Source: Tepidisphaera sp. (GTDB lineage: Bacteria; Planctomycetota; Phycisphaerae; Phycisphaerales; UBA1924). Taken from it: a stretch of 64,000 nt of DNA. The notes under the pieces are model-generated. The model did not search any database, had not been told where the DNA came from, and was given only the letters and a program-made list of their open reading frames with translations. The position numbers and the translations under genes are program-made. Shown one piece after another: positions 30,705 through 41,188 of the stretch; positions within the stretch are counted from its first letter, which is position 1; every line of letters begins with the position of its first letter. Location: assembly GCA_050916045.1 (NCBI GenBank), contig CP051526.1, positions 1,344,001-1,408,000 of the forward strand, written 5' to 3'.

Positions 30705-32165
30705 TCAGGCGGCGCGTTCGGAGTCGCCGGGCTCGATGTTGAGGGCTTTGAGTTTCTTGTAGAGGGTGGTGCGGTTGACACCGAGTTGTTCGGCGGTTTT
30801 GACGCGGTTCCAGTGGTTGGCGGCGAGTGCGCGGAGGAGGATCTGGCGTTCGGGCTCGCGCATGGCTTCTTCGAGGGTCATGGGGACCCAGGGGGCGGCG
30901 GCGTCGGTCGCGGCGGGCGCGATGTGGGCTTGCTTCGCGGCTGGGGCGTCGAGAAGGGAGGCGGGGAGTTCATCCTCGGTGATGAGCTGGCCGCGGGCGA
31001 GGACGACGCCGCGTTCGACGACGTTCTGAAGCTCGCGGACGTTGCCGGGGAAGGGGTAGCGGGCGATGCGGGCTTCGGCTTCCTTGGTGAAGCCGACGAT
31101 CTGCTTGCTGAGCTCGTGGGAGTAGCGGGCGAGGAAGCGGTGGGCGAGGAGCATGATGTCGGCGGGGCGGTCGCGGAGTGGCGGGAGCTCGATCTTGACG
31201 ACGTTGATGCGGTAGTAGAGGTCTTGGCGGAATGAGCCTTCGGCGACGAGGCGTTCGAGGGGCTGGTTGCTGGCGAGGATGACGCGGGCGTCGACCTCGA
31301 TGGTCTGGCTGCTGCCGACGGGCTCGAACTTGCGTTCCTGGAGGACGCGGAGGAGTTTGAGCTGCATCGCGGGGCTTGCGGAGTTGATCTCGTCGAGGAA
31401 GATGGTGCCGCCGTTGGCGGTGAGGAAGCGGCCGGGCTTGTCGACGTGGGCACCGGTGAAGGCACCTTTGACGTGGCCGAAGAGCTCGCTTTCGAGGAGG
31501 GTTTCGGGGATGCTTCCGCAGGAGAGCTCGACGAAAGCGGCGTTTCGGCGCGGGGAGAGGTCGTGGATGGCGTGGGCGATGAGGCTTTTGCCGGTGCCGC
31601 TTTCGCCGCACATGAGGACGGTGGTGCGGCTGGGTGCGACGGCGCGGACGAGGTCGAAGATCTTGACCATTCGGGCGTCGGAGCCGGCGATGTTGGCGAG
31701 GGAGTGACGGTCTTCGAGCTTGCGGCGGAGGTTCCAGTTTTCCGCCATGAGGGTGTGGTGTCGGACGGCGCGCTCGAGGCTGAGGCGGAGTTCGCCCTCG
31801 GCGGCGGGCTTGGTGAGGAAGTCGACGGCCCCGTGGCGGAGGGCTTCGACGGCGCTCTCGACGGTGCCGTAGCCGGTGAGCATGATGGGGGCGGTACCGC
31901 GGCCGGCTTTGACGATTTCGCGGAGAAGGTCGAGGCCGCTTCCGCCGGGGAGGCCGACGTCGATGATGGTGACGCCGATGGGGGCGTCGGTTCCGTTGTC
32001 GGCGTCGGAAGCGGCGGCGGCGAGGGCGGCGCGGGCTTCTTCGAGGGAGGTTGCGACCTGCGGGCGGAAGCCTTCGGCGTGGAGGAACTCGGCGAGGCTT
32101 TCGCCGACGAGGGCGTCGTCGTCGACGACGAGGACGCGAACGCCGGATGTCGCCGGGGCGGGCAT
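30705..32165 (-). CDS. sigma-54-dependent response regulator
   Basis: VVDDD, GESGTGKS, GAFTGA, FLDEIN, FPGNVREL, HTH. Confidence 0.95.
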   Translation of the reverse strand: MPAPATSGVRVLVVDDDALVGESLAEFLHAEGFRPQVATSLEEARAALAAAASDADNGTDAPIGVTIIDVGLPGGSGLDLLREIVKAGRGTAPIMLTGYGTVESAVEALRHGAVDFLTKPAAEGELRLSLERAVRHHTLMAENWNLRRKLEDRHSLANIAGSDARMVKIFDLVRAVAPSRTTVLMCGESGTGKSLIAHAIHDLSPRRNAAFVELSCGSIPETLLESELFGHVKGAFTGAHVDKPGRFLTANGGTIFLDEINSASPAMQLKLLRVLQERKFEPVGSSQTIEVDARVILASNQPLERLVAEGSFRQDLYYRINVVKIELPPLRDRPADIMLLAHRFLARYSHELSKQIVGFTKEAEARIARYPFPGNVRELQNVVERGVVLARGQLITEDELPASLLDAPAAKQAHIAPAATDAAAPWVPMTLEEAMREPERQILLRALAANHWNRVKTAEQLGVNRTTLYKKLKALNIEPGDSERAA

Positions 32166-32175
32166 GGGCGTGCTC

Positions 32176-33030
32176 CTAGTTGACGGTGGGGACGGGGAGG
32201 ACGATGCGGAGGAGTGCGCCCGGGCGTTTGGGGTCTCGGGGGTCGCGGCGGCGGAGGAGGACGATGTTGCCGCCGGCGGCTTCGACGACGGAGCGGGCGA
32301 CGGCGAGGCCGAGGCCGAGGCTACCGGGCTTGTGGGTGAAGCCGGCTTCGAAGACGCGGGCGAGGTCGGCGCCGCTTGGGGGGCCGACGCCGTCGTCGGT
32401 GATCTCGATGGCGACCATGGGGCGGACGGTGGCGGTCCGCATGTCGAAGTCTTCGGTGCGGGCGGTGACGGAGATCATGCCGCCGGGGACGGCTTCGTCG
32501 AACATGAGGCGGTTGATGGATTCGACGGAGTTCTTGAGGCCGTTGAGGACGGCGAGGTAGAGGGGGCCGGCGGGGAGTCGGCCGACGGTGTCGGTGACGG
32601 AGACGCTGAGGGAGACGCCGAGTTCGGCGGCGGCGGGGCTCATGACTTCGACGGCGTGGTCGATGGCGTCGGCGAGGCTGACGGGCCGGCCGCCGGTGAG
32701 GAGCGGGGAGCCGAGGGAGAGAGAGGGTCCCTGCATTGCGCCGTGGACGAGGGTGGCCATTTGCTCAAGGGCGGTGGAGGTGGCGTCGAGCTGGCGTTGG
32801 ACGCGTTCGGACTGCGGGTCCCTGGCCCATGCGTCGCTGGCGCAGAGGGAGCGTCGTGCGAGGGAGAGGCAGCGGAGGGAGCCGTCGAGGAGGTTTCGGA
32901 GCTCGTGGATGAGGACGCCAACATCACCGAGGAATTCGGTGGCGTTGACGCCGTCGGTGGGGTCGGCGGGCTGCCGATGGATGGCTCGGACCTTGCTTTT
33001 GGGACGATCGTCGTTCGGGCGGCTTTGCAT
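32176..33030 (-). CDS. cytoplasmic histidine kinase
   Basis: IHELRNLL, NGLKNS, DDGVGP, FEAGFT, GLGLA; no TM. Confidence 0.85.
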   Translation of the reverse strand: MQSRPNDDRPKSKVRAIHRQPADPTDGVNATEFLGDVGVLIHELRNLLDGSLRCLSLARRSLCASDAWARDPQSERVQRQLDATSTALEQMATLVHGAMQGPSLSLGSPLLTGGRPVSLADAIDHAVEVMSPAAAELGVSLSVSVTDTVGRLPAGPLYLAVLNGLKNSVESINRLMFDEAVPGGMISVTARTEDFDMRTATVRPMVAIEITDDGVGPPSGADLARVFEAGFTHKPGSLGLGLAVARSVVEAAGGNIVLLRRRDPRDPKRPGALLRIVLPVPTVN

Positions 33031-33189
33031 GCTTGTCTGTCTCCTGCCGACGCCACAACATCGACCATAAATGGCGGAACGTCAAGGGGCGCGGCTCGGG
33101 GGGCGTTGCGAAAAGTCCACAGTGTCCCTCCCAATCCCCCCGCGCGGACCGTGCCGCCCCTCCAGACGGCACGACCCCTATCCTCGCGC

Positions 33190-34371
33190 ATGCCAAGGAT
33201 CGGCTTTGACTCATGGGACGGCGCGGTGGCGGAGATCGACGGGAAGCCGCGGGTTGTTTTCGGCGGGTGCAACTACCTCGGGCTTGCGCAGCATCCGGAT
33301 GTGCACGCGGCGATTGTGAGGGGGCTTGCGCGGTGGGGGGTGACCACCACGGCGAGCCGCGAGACGACGGGGAACACGCGGGCGCACGAGTCGCTGGAGC
33401 GCGAGCTCGCGGCGTTTCTGCGGATGCCGGCGGCGATCCTGACGACGGAGGGGTACACGGCGAACATCGCGCTGGGGCAGGGGCTTGTCGGCGAGTTCAC
33501 GGTGGCGGTGGTGGATGAGAAGAGCCACAGCAGCGTGGTCTTCGGGATGGGCGCGCCGGGGCTTCGCGTCGTGACGTACAAGCATCTTGACGCGGTCGAC
33601 GCGGTGCGGATCGCGAGGCGGGAGCGCGGCGCGGGGGAGAGCGTGGTCGTGATGAGCGACGGCGTGTTCGCGGCGGGGGGGAGCGTGGCTCCGGCGGGCG
33701 AGATCCTTGCGGGCTTGCCGGAGGATGTGCCGCTGATTCTCGATGATTGTCACGGGTTCACGGTGCTTGGCGAGTGCGGGCGCGGGACGGCTTCGCACTT
33801 TGGGATCTTGGGCGACCCGCGGTTGATTTTGACGACGACGCTTGGGAAGGGCTTGGGGAGTTATGGCGGGGCGGTGCTGGGGCCGGCGGGGCTTATCTCG
33901 CGGGTGCGGGAGCGGGCGCTGGTGTATCGCGGGACGACGCCGTGTCCGCCGCCGCTCATCGAGGGGTCTCGCGAGGCCCTGAAGGTGATCGTGCGCGAGC
34001 CGGGGCATCTGGCGAGCTTGCGGAAAAACGTCGCTCACATGAAGCGGGCGCTCGCGGAAGCGATCGGGTGGAAGCCGGTGCAGGAGCCGTCGACGGTGCG
34101 CGGGGTGGAAAGCGAGCCGCTGGTGCCGATCTTCGTGTTTCACCTGCCGACGGCGGGGGAGATGGAGCGGGTGCAGAAGCGGCTTGATGACGCGGGGTAC
34201 TTTGTGCCGCTGATAGATTATCCGGGCGGGCCGGTGCCGCTTTATTTCAGGCCGACGGTGACCTCGTCGCACACGGCGGCGCAGATTGATGGGTTTGCGG
34301 CGGCGCTAAAAGCTTCTATTTGCGGGCCAAGCAGTAAAGCGGATGCTGAGGCTTTTGGCATATCCACTTGA
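33190..34371 (+). CDS. PLP-dependent alpha-oxoamine synthase (BioF/Kbl-like)
   Basis: GCNYLGL, GYTAN, SHSS, DGVF, DDCHG, TLGKGLGSYGG. Confidence 0.88.
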   Translation: MPRIGFDSWDGAVAEIDGKPRVVFGGCNYLGLAQHPDVHAAIVRGLARWGVTTTASRETTGNTRAHESLERELAAFLRMPAAILTTEGYTANIALGQGLVGEFTVAVVDEKSHSSVVFGMGAPGLRVVTYKHLDAVDAVRIARRERGAGESVVVMSDGVFAAGGSVAPAGEILAGLPEDVPLILDDCHGFTVLGECGRGTASHFGILGDPRLILTTTLGKGLGSYGGAVLGPAGLISRVRERALVYRGTTPCPPPLIEGSREALKVIVREPGHLASLRKNVAHMKRALAEAIGWKPVQEPSTVRGVESEPLVPIFVFHLPTAGEMERVQKRLDDAGYFVPLIDYPGGPVPLYFRPTVTSSHTAAQIDGFAAALKASICGPSSKADAEAFGIST

Positions 34372-35254
34372 ACTTCTTGAGTGTCTTTGGCTCTTGAACT
34401 TTGTTAATCATGCTACGCTTTGGCCTTGAATCGGGCCAGCTGTTGATCAACGAGCACAAGGCGTTCCCGCACGCATTCGCGTCGGCCGCTTTCCACCAAA
34501 AACTGGATCTGCATGAAAGACTGCTTTGGCCCTGTTTAACCCAATCCGAACCGAACAAAGCGCTGAGAAGGTCAGTGTTCTTTTGGGCTTCCTGGATCTT
34601 GTCCGGAGAAGACCAAATCGCCAACTTGGACCCGCCACATTCTCGAACGTCCTTGCGCAACTTCGGCATATCTTTGGCAATAGTCACAACTTCGGAAAAA
34701 ACATATCCTGCGACAACAAATCTTTCGCTCAAAATAGGCGATTGTACGGACTTGATGTCGCTGTGCCACCTGACTGTGATTACCGTTCCTAGGTGCGAGA
34801 AAGCCGGACTGCGAATCAAATCACTCCACAAAGACTCCGCTTCCTGCAGCATCGATGTGTTTGGATCGTACGCGTCGAGAATCAGCCGGTCGCCTCGAAA
34901 CGGCGTCTGTTCTTTTGCGTGAAGCAGTGCGATACCCCAGATGGCAGCGCCGGTTCCTGTGCCGTAATCTAACACGACTGAATTAGCTTGGGGACGAAGT
35001 ACATCAAATGCGGCATGCAGGTGGCAAATGGCGTCGTGTATTCTCTTGCCATGGAAGACGAGGGAGTACATTGGCCCCACCGCCGAAAGGTCGTAACTGC
35101 AAGGTTCGTGGTTGTAGAGGCCCATCACCGAATCAAAGGCCTTCTCCACATCAACTGGATCATGGGCGGCCAATCGCTTTGCTGCGCTATCTGCCACGAT
35201 CTGCGCAATGTGCGGCCCGATGTCAACTAAATAGCTATAAATGGAGTCGCTCAT
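34316..35254 (-). CDS. hypothetical protein with class I SAM-methyltransferase-like motif
   Basis: VLDYGTGTGAA, AYDPNTSML, AGYVF; markedly lower GC. Confidence 0.6.
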   Translation of the reverse strand: MSDSIYSYLVDIGPHIAQIVADSAAKRLAAHDPVDVEKAFDSVMGLYNHEPCSYDLSAVGPMYSLVFHGKRIHDAICHLHAAFDVLRPQANSVVLDYGTGTGAAIWGIALLHAKEQTPFRGDRLILDAYDPNTSMLQEAESLWSDLIRSPAFSHLGTVITVRWHSDIKSVQSPILSERFVVAGYVFSEVVTIAKDMPKLRKDVRECGGSKLAIWSSPDKIQEAQKNTDLLSALFGSDWVKQGQSSLSCRSSFWWKAADANACGNALCSLINSWPDSRPKRSMINKVQEPKTLKKFKWICQKPQHPLYCLARK

Positions 35255-36153
35255 ACCGGCGCAAACCCTGCCTTACCCTCGCCGAGTCCCGGCAATCGGC
35301 GCTTCAAAACGTCCCGCACCGCGACATACCCAGCCCCGGTCCAAGTGAATCGTTCAATGAGGGGCGTAGCCGTGTCCTTGGTTCCCGCTGCGTACTGGCC
35401 CTTCTTCGAGTGGAACGGCTGGACAATGAATCGTCCGACGCCCGTCGCGAGGAGTCTACCAGCGAAAGCTTCTGCGTCGACGACGGGGAGTAGCGGCGTC
35501 ATTGTGATACAGGTTTGAACGCCGCTTGCGCAGACTTCTGCGATCGCGTCGAGTCTCTGTTGATTGCTCGGACAGCCTGGCTCGAACGCCTTGCGCACGT
35601 CCTCGGAGTCGGTGGTCACCGTCATGTTGACCTGCGCAACCTCGAACTGCTTCAAGATGTCAATGTCTCTTGCCACCAGTGGGCTGCGTGTCTGGATGAC
35701 GATTCGCGGCTGGTGATGCACCAACTCACGCAGGATATCGCGGGTGAGTTCGAGTTGCTTCTCGATGGGCTGGTACGGGTCGGTGACGCTGCTGATGTAA
35801 ATCGACTTGCCTCGGAGGTCCCGGCGTGACCGCGTCAGGAGGTCAAGTGCGTTCGTCTTGACCGAGACCCATTTGCCCCAAGTGTCCGGTGCTCGGCCTT
35901 CGGGGGAAAATGCCGCCGCGTAGCAGTAGGCGCATCCGAACGCACAGCCCGAGTACGGGTTGATCGTGAAGTCGTATCCCGCCATGAAGCCTTTGGGCTT
36001 GGTCAGGATTCCGGCGACTTCCTTGTAGTCGATAACCGTCAGCCCAAGTCGCATCGGTCGGGTTCGGGTGGTGGGGCTCGACGACGTCGCTTCGGGCTCT
36101 GTCAGATTGACAAAGAGCGGGAACGGATCGGAATGATCACGGCGCAAGGTCAT
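35251..36153 (-). CDS. SPL-like radical SAM protein
   Basis: INPYSGCAFGCAYCYA, SSVTDPYQPIE, QTRSPLV.RD; AGGAG before ATG 36153. Confidence 0.9.
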   Translation of the reverse strand: MTLRRDHSDPFPLFVNLTEPEATSSSPTTRTRPMRLGLTVIDYKEVAGILTKPKGFMAGYDFTINPYSGCAFGCAYCYAAAFSPEGRAPDTWGKWVSVKTNALDLLTRSRRDLRGKSIYISSVTDPYQPIEKQLELTRDILRELVHHQPRIVIQTRSPLVARDIDILKQFEVAQVNMTVTTDSEDVRKAFEPGCPSNQQRLDAIAEVCASGVQTCITMTPLLPVVDAEAFAGRLLATGVGRFIVQPFHSKKGQYAAGTKDTATPLIERFTWTGAGYVAVRDVLKRRLPGLGEGKAGFAPV

Positions 36154-36211
36154 GACCAGCTCCTGTGTCGGCAAAATAGTAGGCACGGCAGGAGAACACG
36201 ACCCGAACGCA

Positions 36212-36248
36212 AAGAAAAGAGGCCCCGACCGGGTGGTCGGGGCCTCTT
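36212..36248 (-). terminator. intrinsic terminator of fusA
   Basis: AAGAGGCCCCGACC-GGGT-GGTCGGGGCCTCTT, T-rich on the minus strand. Confidence 0.85.
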
Positions 36249-36250
36249 CA

Positions 36251-36292
36251 TTTCCGATTTCAAATTTGAAATTTCAAATGTGAAACTTCAGA
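36251..36292. repeat. short AT-rich heptamer/palindromic array
   Basis: GATTTCAAATTTGAAATTTCAAATGTGAAACTTCA. Confidence 0.75.
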
Positions 36293-36293
36293 A

Positions 36294-38429
36294 TCACTTC
36301 TTCCCGGCGACCTTTTCGCCCTTGCCGCCTTCGACGACTTCCTTCATGAGGCCGGCCGGCATCGGGCGGTACTCGAGGAATTCCATGGTCGCGCTGGCGC
36401 GGCCCTGGGACATGCCGCGGATGGCGGTGGTGTAGCCGAAGAGCTCGGAGAGGGGGATTTCGGCGGTGACGAGCTTCACCACGCCGCGGTCATCGGTGTC
36501 GATGATCATGCCGCGACGGGAGGAGATGTCGCCGGTGATGTTGCCGAGGTAGTCGTTGGGGACGGTGACGACGACCTTCATGATGGGCTCGAGGAGCTGG
36601 GGGCCGGCGCGTTCGACGGCTTCCTGAAGGGCGATTCGGCCGGCCTGCTCGAAGGCGATCTGCGACGAGTCGACGTCGTGGTAGGAGCCGTAGGTGAGGG
36701 TGACCTTGACGTTGATGAGCTGGTGGCCGTACTTGACGCCGCTGAGGGCGGTCTGGCGGACGCCGTACTCGATGGAGGGGATGAATTCCTTGGGGATGAC
36801 GCCGCCGACGGTGCCGTTCTCGAAGGCGACCTGCTCGGTGAAGTCGAGTTCCTCGGCTTTGGCCTGTTCGGCGGTGAAGGGTTCGATGGTGATGACGCAG
36901 TCACCGAACTGACCACGTCCGCCGGACTGCTTCTTGAAGAGGCCGCGGACATCCTCGACCTTCTTGCTGATGGCTTCGCGGTAGGCGACCTTGGGCTTGC
37001 CGACTTCGACGGCGATTTTGAGGTCGCGGCGGAGCTTGGTGGTGATGATGTCGAGGTGGAGCTCACCCATGCCGGAGATGATGGTCTGCTGGGTTTCGTC
37101 GTCGTAGGTGAAGCGGAAGGAGGGGTCCTCGCGGCGGATGACCATGAGGGCTTCGGAGAGCTTGCGCTTGTCGTCCTGAGTTTTGGGCTCGATGGACATG
37201 GAGATGACGGGCTCGGGGAAGGTCATGCGTTCGAGGACGATGGGCTTGTCCGCGTCGCAGAGGGTGTCACCGGTGTAGGAATCCTTGATGCCGACGACGG
37301 CGACGATGTTGCCGGCGGTGACCTGCTCGAGGGGGATTCGGTTGTTGGCGTGCATCTCGAAGATGCGGGAGGCGTTTTCCTTCTTGCCGTTGACGGGGTT
37401 GAGGATTCGCGTGCCCTTGGCGAGGGTGCCGGAGTAGACGCGCATGTAGGTGAGGTCGCCGTGGGTGTCGGAGACGACCTTGAAGACCAGCGCCGCGAAG
37501 GGGGCGTCGGTGCTGTGGGGCCGGGACATCTTCTCGTTCTTGTCCTGCGGGTCGGTGCCTTCGACGTCTTCGCGGTCGGTGGGGCAGGGGAGGAGGTCGA
37601 TGACGGTATCGAGGAGGGCCTGGATGCCGATGTTGCGGAGAGCGGCGCCGCAGAGCACGGGGTTGCACGAGCGGTTGCAGGTGCCCTTGCGGAGTGCTTT
37701 GCGGATTTCCTCGACGGTCATGGGCTGTTCGGAGAGGTACTTCTCCATGAGGGAGTCGTCGATTTCGCCGACCTTCTCTTCGAGGGTGCGGCGCCAGCCG
37801 TGGGCGTAGTCGGCGAATTCTTCGGGGATTTCGGCTTCCTTGACGACTTCACCCTTGTCGCCTTCGAAGAAGAAGGCTCGCATGGTGATGAGGTCGATGA
37901 TGCCCTTGAACTGAGGGCCGGTGCCCATGGGGCACTGGATGGGGACGGCGTTGGCGCCGAGGCGGGACTTGATGGTGCCGAAGGAGAAGTCGAAGGACGC
38001 GCCGAGCTTGTCCATCTTGTTGATGAAGCAGAGGCGGGGGACGCGGTAGCGGTCGGCCTGGCGCCAGACGGTTTCGGACTGGGCTTCGACGCCTTCCTTG
38101 CCGTCAAAGACGGCGACGGCGCCGTCGAGGACGCGGAGGGAGCGTTCGACTTCGATGGTGAAGTCGACGTGGCCGGGGGTGTCGATGAGGTTGATTTTGT
38201 ACTCTTTGCCGCTTCGGGTCCAGGGGCAGGTGGTGGCGGCGGACTGGATGGTGATGCCGCGTTCCTGCTCGTCCTGGAGGAAGTCCATGGTGGCGGTGCC
38301 TTCGTGCACTTCCCCCATCTTGTAGTTCTTTCCGGTGTAGTACAGGATGCGCTCGGAGACGGTGGTCTTGCCGGCGTCGATGTGGGCGCAGATGCCGATG
38401 TTGCGGATTTGACTCAGGTCCGTAGCCAT
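36294..38429 (-). CDS. fusA: elongation factor G (stand-alone)
   Basis: AHIDAGKTT, RGITIQSAAT, DTPGHVDF, NKMD, GMGELHL, KQSGGRGQF, LLEPIM. Confidence 0.97.
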   Translation of the reverse strand: MATDLSQIRNIGICAHIDAGKTTVSERILYYTGKNYKMGEVHEGTATMDFLQDEQERGITIQSAATTCPWTRSGKEYKINLIDTPGHVDFTIEVERSLRVLDGAVAVFDGKEGVEAQSETVWRQADRYRVPRLCFINKMDKLGASFDFSFGTIKSRLGANAVPIQCPMGTGPQFKGIIDLITMRAFFFEGDKGEVVKEAEIPEEFADYAHGWRRTLEEKVGEIDDSLMEKYLSEQPMTVEEIRKALRKGTCNRSCNPVLCGAALRNIGIQALLDTVIDLLPCPTDREDVEGTDPQDKNEKMSRPHSTDAPFAALVFKVVSDTHGDLTYMRVYSGTLAKGTRILNPVNGKKENASRIFEMHANNRIPLEQVTAGNIVAVVGIKDSYTGDTLCDADKPIVLERMTFPEPVISMSIEPKTQDDKRKLSEALMVIRREDPSFRFTYDDETQQTIISGMGELHLDIITTKLRRDLKIAVEVGKPKVAYREAISKKVEDVRGLFKKQSGGRGQFGDCVITIEPFTAEQAKAEELDFTEQVAFENGTVGGVIPKEFIPSIEYGVRQTALSGVKYGHQLINVKVTLTYGSYHDVDSSQIAFEQAGRIALQEAVERAGPQLLEPIMKVVVTVPNDYLGNITGDISSRRGMIIDTDDRGVVKLVTAEIPLSELFGYTTAIRGMSQGRASATMEFLEYRPMPAGLMKEVVEGGKGEKVAGKK

Positions 38430-38753
38430 GATTCAACCTTTGGGGACATGCCCGGCCGCCGACCATCGGCGGGTACGGGCGGGGTGCGATTCGAGACTGA
38501 CCGATACGGCCCGGGCGAACAGTGGAACGCTCGGGCGGAAGAGATTGGGTGTTTCGGAGAGACAGCGAGGGCGGCGAAAGCCGCGAAGGTCAACGTGCGA
38601 TCTCTTCTTCCTCGTCGTCCATCGTGGCCCGTTCGGGGAGCGGCCTTGGCGTGTGGGAAACATCCCCAAAGAGGCGAAAAACACGCCGAGCCGCAGGCAT
38701 CCCAAGCGGGGGCAGAATGTTAGCGATCAGGCCCGGCGAATCAAGAACCTTGG

Positions 38754-41174
38754 CTAGCGAGGTGGTTGGGACTTGATTGGATCGGGGGTGCCTTCGGCGA
38801 TTTTTTGCAGGGCTTTGACGCGATCTGGCGGAAGGGTTCGGGTCCCGCTTGGGTCGAGGCGTGTGTTTTCGGAGAGGCGGAGTGCTTTGCGGGCCCAGTC
38901 CGCGGCTTGGGTGGGGTTCCCGTGTTCGGCGAGGAGCTGGGCGAGGCGCGCGGGGTGCTGGATGCCGTAGGGGTCGGCGGCGGCGGCGGCTTCGAGGGCT
39001 CGTGTGACCTGAGGGACCCAGAGGTGGGGCGGGTCTTGGCGGAGGGTGCAAGCGGCTTGGATGACGGTGGCGCGCCAGGAGAGGTTGGAAGCGGAGACGA
39101 ACTTGCGGGTGGAGAGGGGGTTGGTGAGGGCGAGGGCGTTGGAGGCGGCTTCGAGGGCTTGCTTGGTGTCACCGCGGTCGTTGAACCAGGTTGCGATCTG
39201 GAGTTGGAGTCGGGAAGCGGCTTCGCGGGTGAGGAGGTGGGCGGGTTGGTCGGCGGAGGCGAGCTGGAGGGCGGGGAGGGCTTCGATGGCGGCTTGGAGG
39301 CGGCGCTGGTCGAGCTGGTGGAGGAGTTCGGGTCCGGCGGCGGTTTCGGCGCTGATGCCGATCTCGCGGAGGCCTTGGGAGATGAGCTGCTGGGTTTCGG
39401 GGTCGGGCGGGCGCGGGCTTGAGAATGCGGCGTCGAGGTCGGCGCGGACGCGGGCGACGGGAGCGACGGCTTCGAAGGCTTCGCGGAGGTTGGTCTGCCA
39501 GCGAGCGACGGCGGGGGCGGTCCAAAGGACGAGGGCGAGGGCGCCGAGGGAGGTGGCGAGCCAGAGGACGCGTGCGGAGCGGGCGGCTTCGACGACGGTG
39601 GTTTTGAGGACCGGCATGAAGGGGACTTTGGCGGCGCCGATGCCGCAGGATGCGAGGAGCATGGCGTACCAGCCGGCGGAACCGGGATTGATGGGGGCCA
39701 TGTCGATGAGGCCGAGGATGGCGAGGACGATGCCGCAGGCGGCGAGCGCGGGGCCGGAAGGGTTGGCGAGGAGCGGGAGGACGGCGGCGGCGACGGCGAG
39801 AGCGGCGAAGAGGCCGGCGAAGCGGACCAGCGCGGACTCGGGCGTGGCGGTTGCGAGCTCGAGGATCGTGGCGAAGACGGTCGCGCCGGCGAGGATGAGG
39901 AAGATCGGGCGGATCTCGTCGCGCGTAGAGACGGGCTTGGGGTCGGGAGAGATTTCATCCCGGGTTTCGTGCTGGGTTTCGGCGAGGGCGGGGCCCAGGC
40001 GGAGGACCCACGCGAGCCAGAGGAGTGCCCATGCGAGGCCGGGGAGGCCGAGGGTGCAGGCGAAGTCGAAGAGCACGTTGTGCGGGCTTGAGATCTCTTC
40101 GGGGCTGAGGGGGTTTTTCGCGAGCATGTAGGCGGCTTGGAATCCGTCGGGACCGGTGCCCCAGGGAAGGCTGTCCGCGAGGATGCGGAGCGAGGCTTCG
40201 GAGTAGAAGGCGCGGAAGAGGAGGCTTCGCTCGCCGAGGGATTCGCCGATGGCGCCGCGGGCGAAGATGGCGAGGAGGACGCACGCGACAGCGAGGGGCG
40301 GGACCCAGCGGAGGGCGCGGAGGAGCGGTGGGCGGGCAGACCTCGTGATGAGGAGCGCGATGAGGAGGACCCCTGCCGAGAGGATGGCGGCGGCGTAACC
40401 GCCCTTGGAGCCGCCGAGGATGAGCAGGGTGAGGCCGCAGGCGAGGATGAGGACCGCGCCCAGACGGCGAGAAGCGATGAGGAGACCCAGGCCGGCGACG
40501 GACGCGGCGGCGCCGAAGGTGGCGACGATGTTGGAGAGGCCGAACCACGCGGTGGCGTCGGGCTGGAGCAGGCGGTGTTCGAAGGACTTGGCCATGGCGG
40601 AGTCTGGTGTCCATCCGCGGGCGGCGAAGAAGGCTTCCTTGTTGGCTTTGAAAGCGGCGACGGTGGCGGGGTGTTCGAGGTAGGTCTGGACGGCGGCTTT
40701 GGCGGCGATGATGGCGAGAGCGCCCAGGAGCGAAGCGAGGGTCATTCTGAGAAGCCTGGGGTTGTCGCGGATGGCGCACGCGGCGACGCCGGCGCTCATG
40801 GCGGCGATCCACGAGAAGCCGATGACGAGGTTGTCGAGGGAGCCGCCGCCGAAGAGTGCGGCGTGGCCGGCAGCGCCCATGGCGCCGATGAGGAGAAGAG
40901 CGGTCTGGATGAGCCGGCCGAGATCGCCGGGGCTGGTCATGCCAACGACGGAAGCGGCGAGGACCGTGAGGGTGCTGAGGATGATGGAGCCGAGGGGGAA
41001 GAGGCCGGAAGAGGGGACGGCCATGATGGTGGCGTCTTCGGCCCACCATGGAAAGGGGTCGTGGGTGACGATGCCGCGGGCGATGACGCAGGCGATGAGC
41101 ACGGCGGTGGCCGCGGTGCGGAGGCTGGCTTTGAGGTCGGCCCGGGCGTCGGTTTTGGCCTCGTCATCGATCAT
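38754..41174 (-). CDS. O-antigen ligase/Wzy_C-like membrane protein with TPR-like C-terminus
   Basis: Multiple TMs; GSKGG, WGTGPDGF, SPHNVLFD. Confidence 0.75.
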   Translation of the reverse strand: MIDDEAKTDARADLKASLRTAATAVLIACVIARGIVTHDPFPWWAEDATIMAVPSSGLFPLGSIILSTLTVLAASVVGMTSPGDLGRLIQTALLLIGAMGAAGHAALFGGGSLDNLVIGFSWIAAMSAGVAACAIRDNPRLLRMTLASLLGALAIIAAKAAVQTYLEHPATVAAFKANKEAFFAARGWTPDSAMAKSFEHRLLQPDATAWFGLSNIVATFGAAASVAGLGLLIASRRLGAVLILACGLTLLILGGSKGGYAAAILSAGVLLIALLITRSARPPLLRALRWVPPLAVACVLLAIFARGAIGESLGERSLLFRAFYSEASLRILADSLPWGTGPDGFQAAYMLAKNPLSPEEISSPHNVLFDFACTLGLPGLAWALLWLAWVLRLGPALAETQHETRDEISPDPKPVSTRDEIRPIFLILAGATVFATILELATATPESALVRFAGLFAALAVAAAVLPLLANPSGPALAACGIVLAILGLIDMAPINPGSAGWYAMLLASCGIGAAKVPFMPVLKTTVVEAARSARVLWLATSLGALALVLWTAPAVARWQTNLREAFEAVAPVARVRADLDAAFSSPRPPDPETQQLISQGLREIGISAETAAGPELLHQLDQRRLQAAIEALPALQLASADQPAHLLTREAASRLQLQIATWFNDRGDTKQALEAASNALALTNPLSTRKFVSASNLSWRATVIQAACTLRQDPPHLWVPQVTRALEAAAAADPYGIQHPARLAQLLAEHGNPTQAADWARKALRLSENTRLDPSGTRTLPPDRVKALQKIAEGTPDPIKSQPPR

Positions 41175-41188
41175 CGAGGAGAGGATAC

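Noticed and set aside
31876..33189. Long N-terminal extension of the BioF-like ORF
   Set aside because: Antisense to the kinase/regulator pair; motifs begin after ATG 33190
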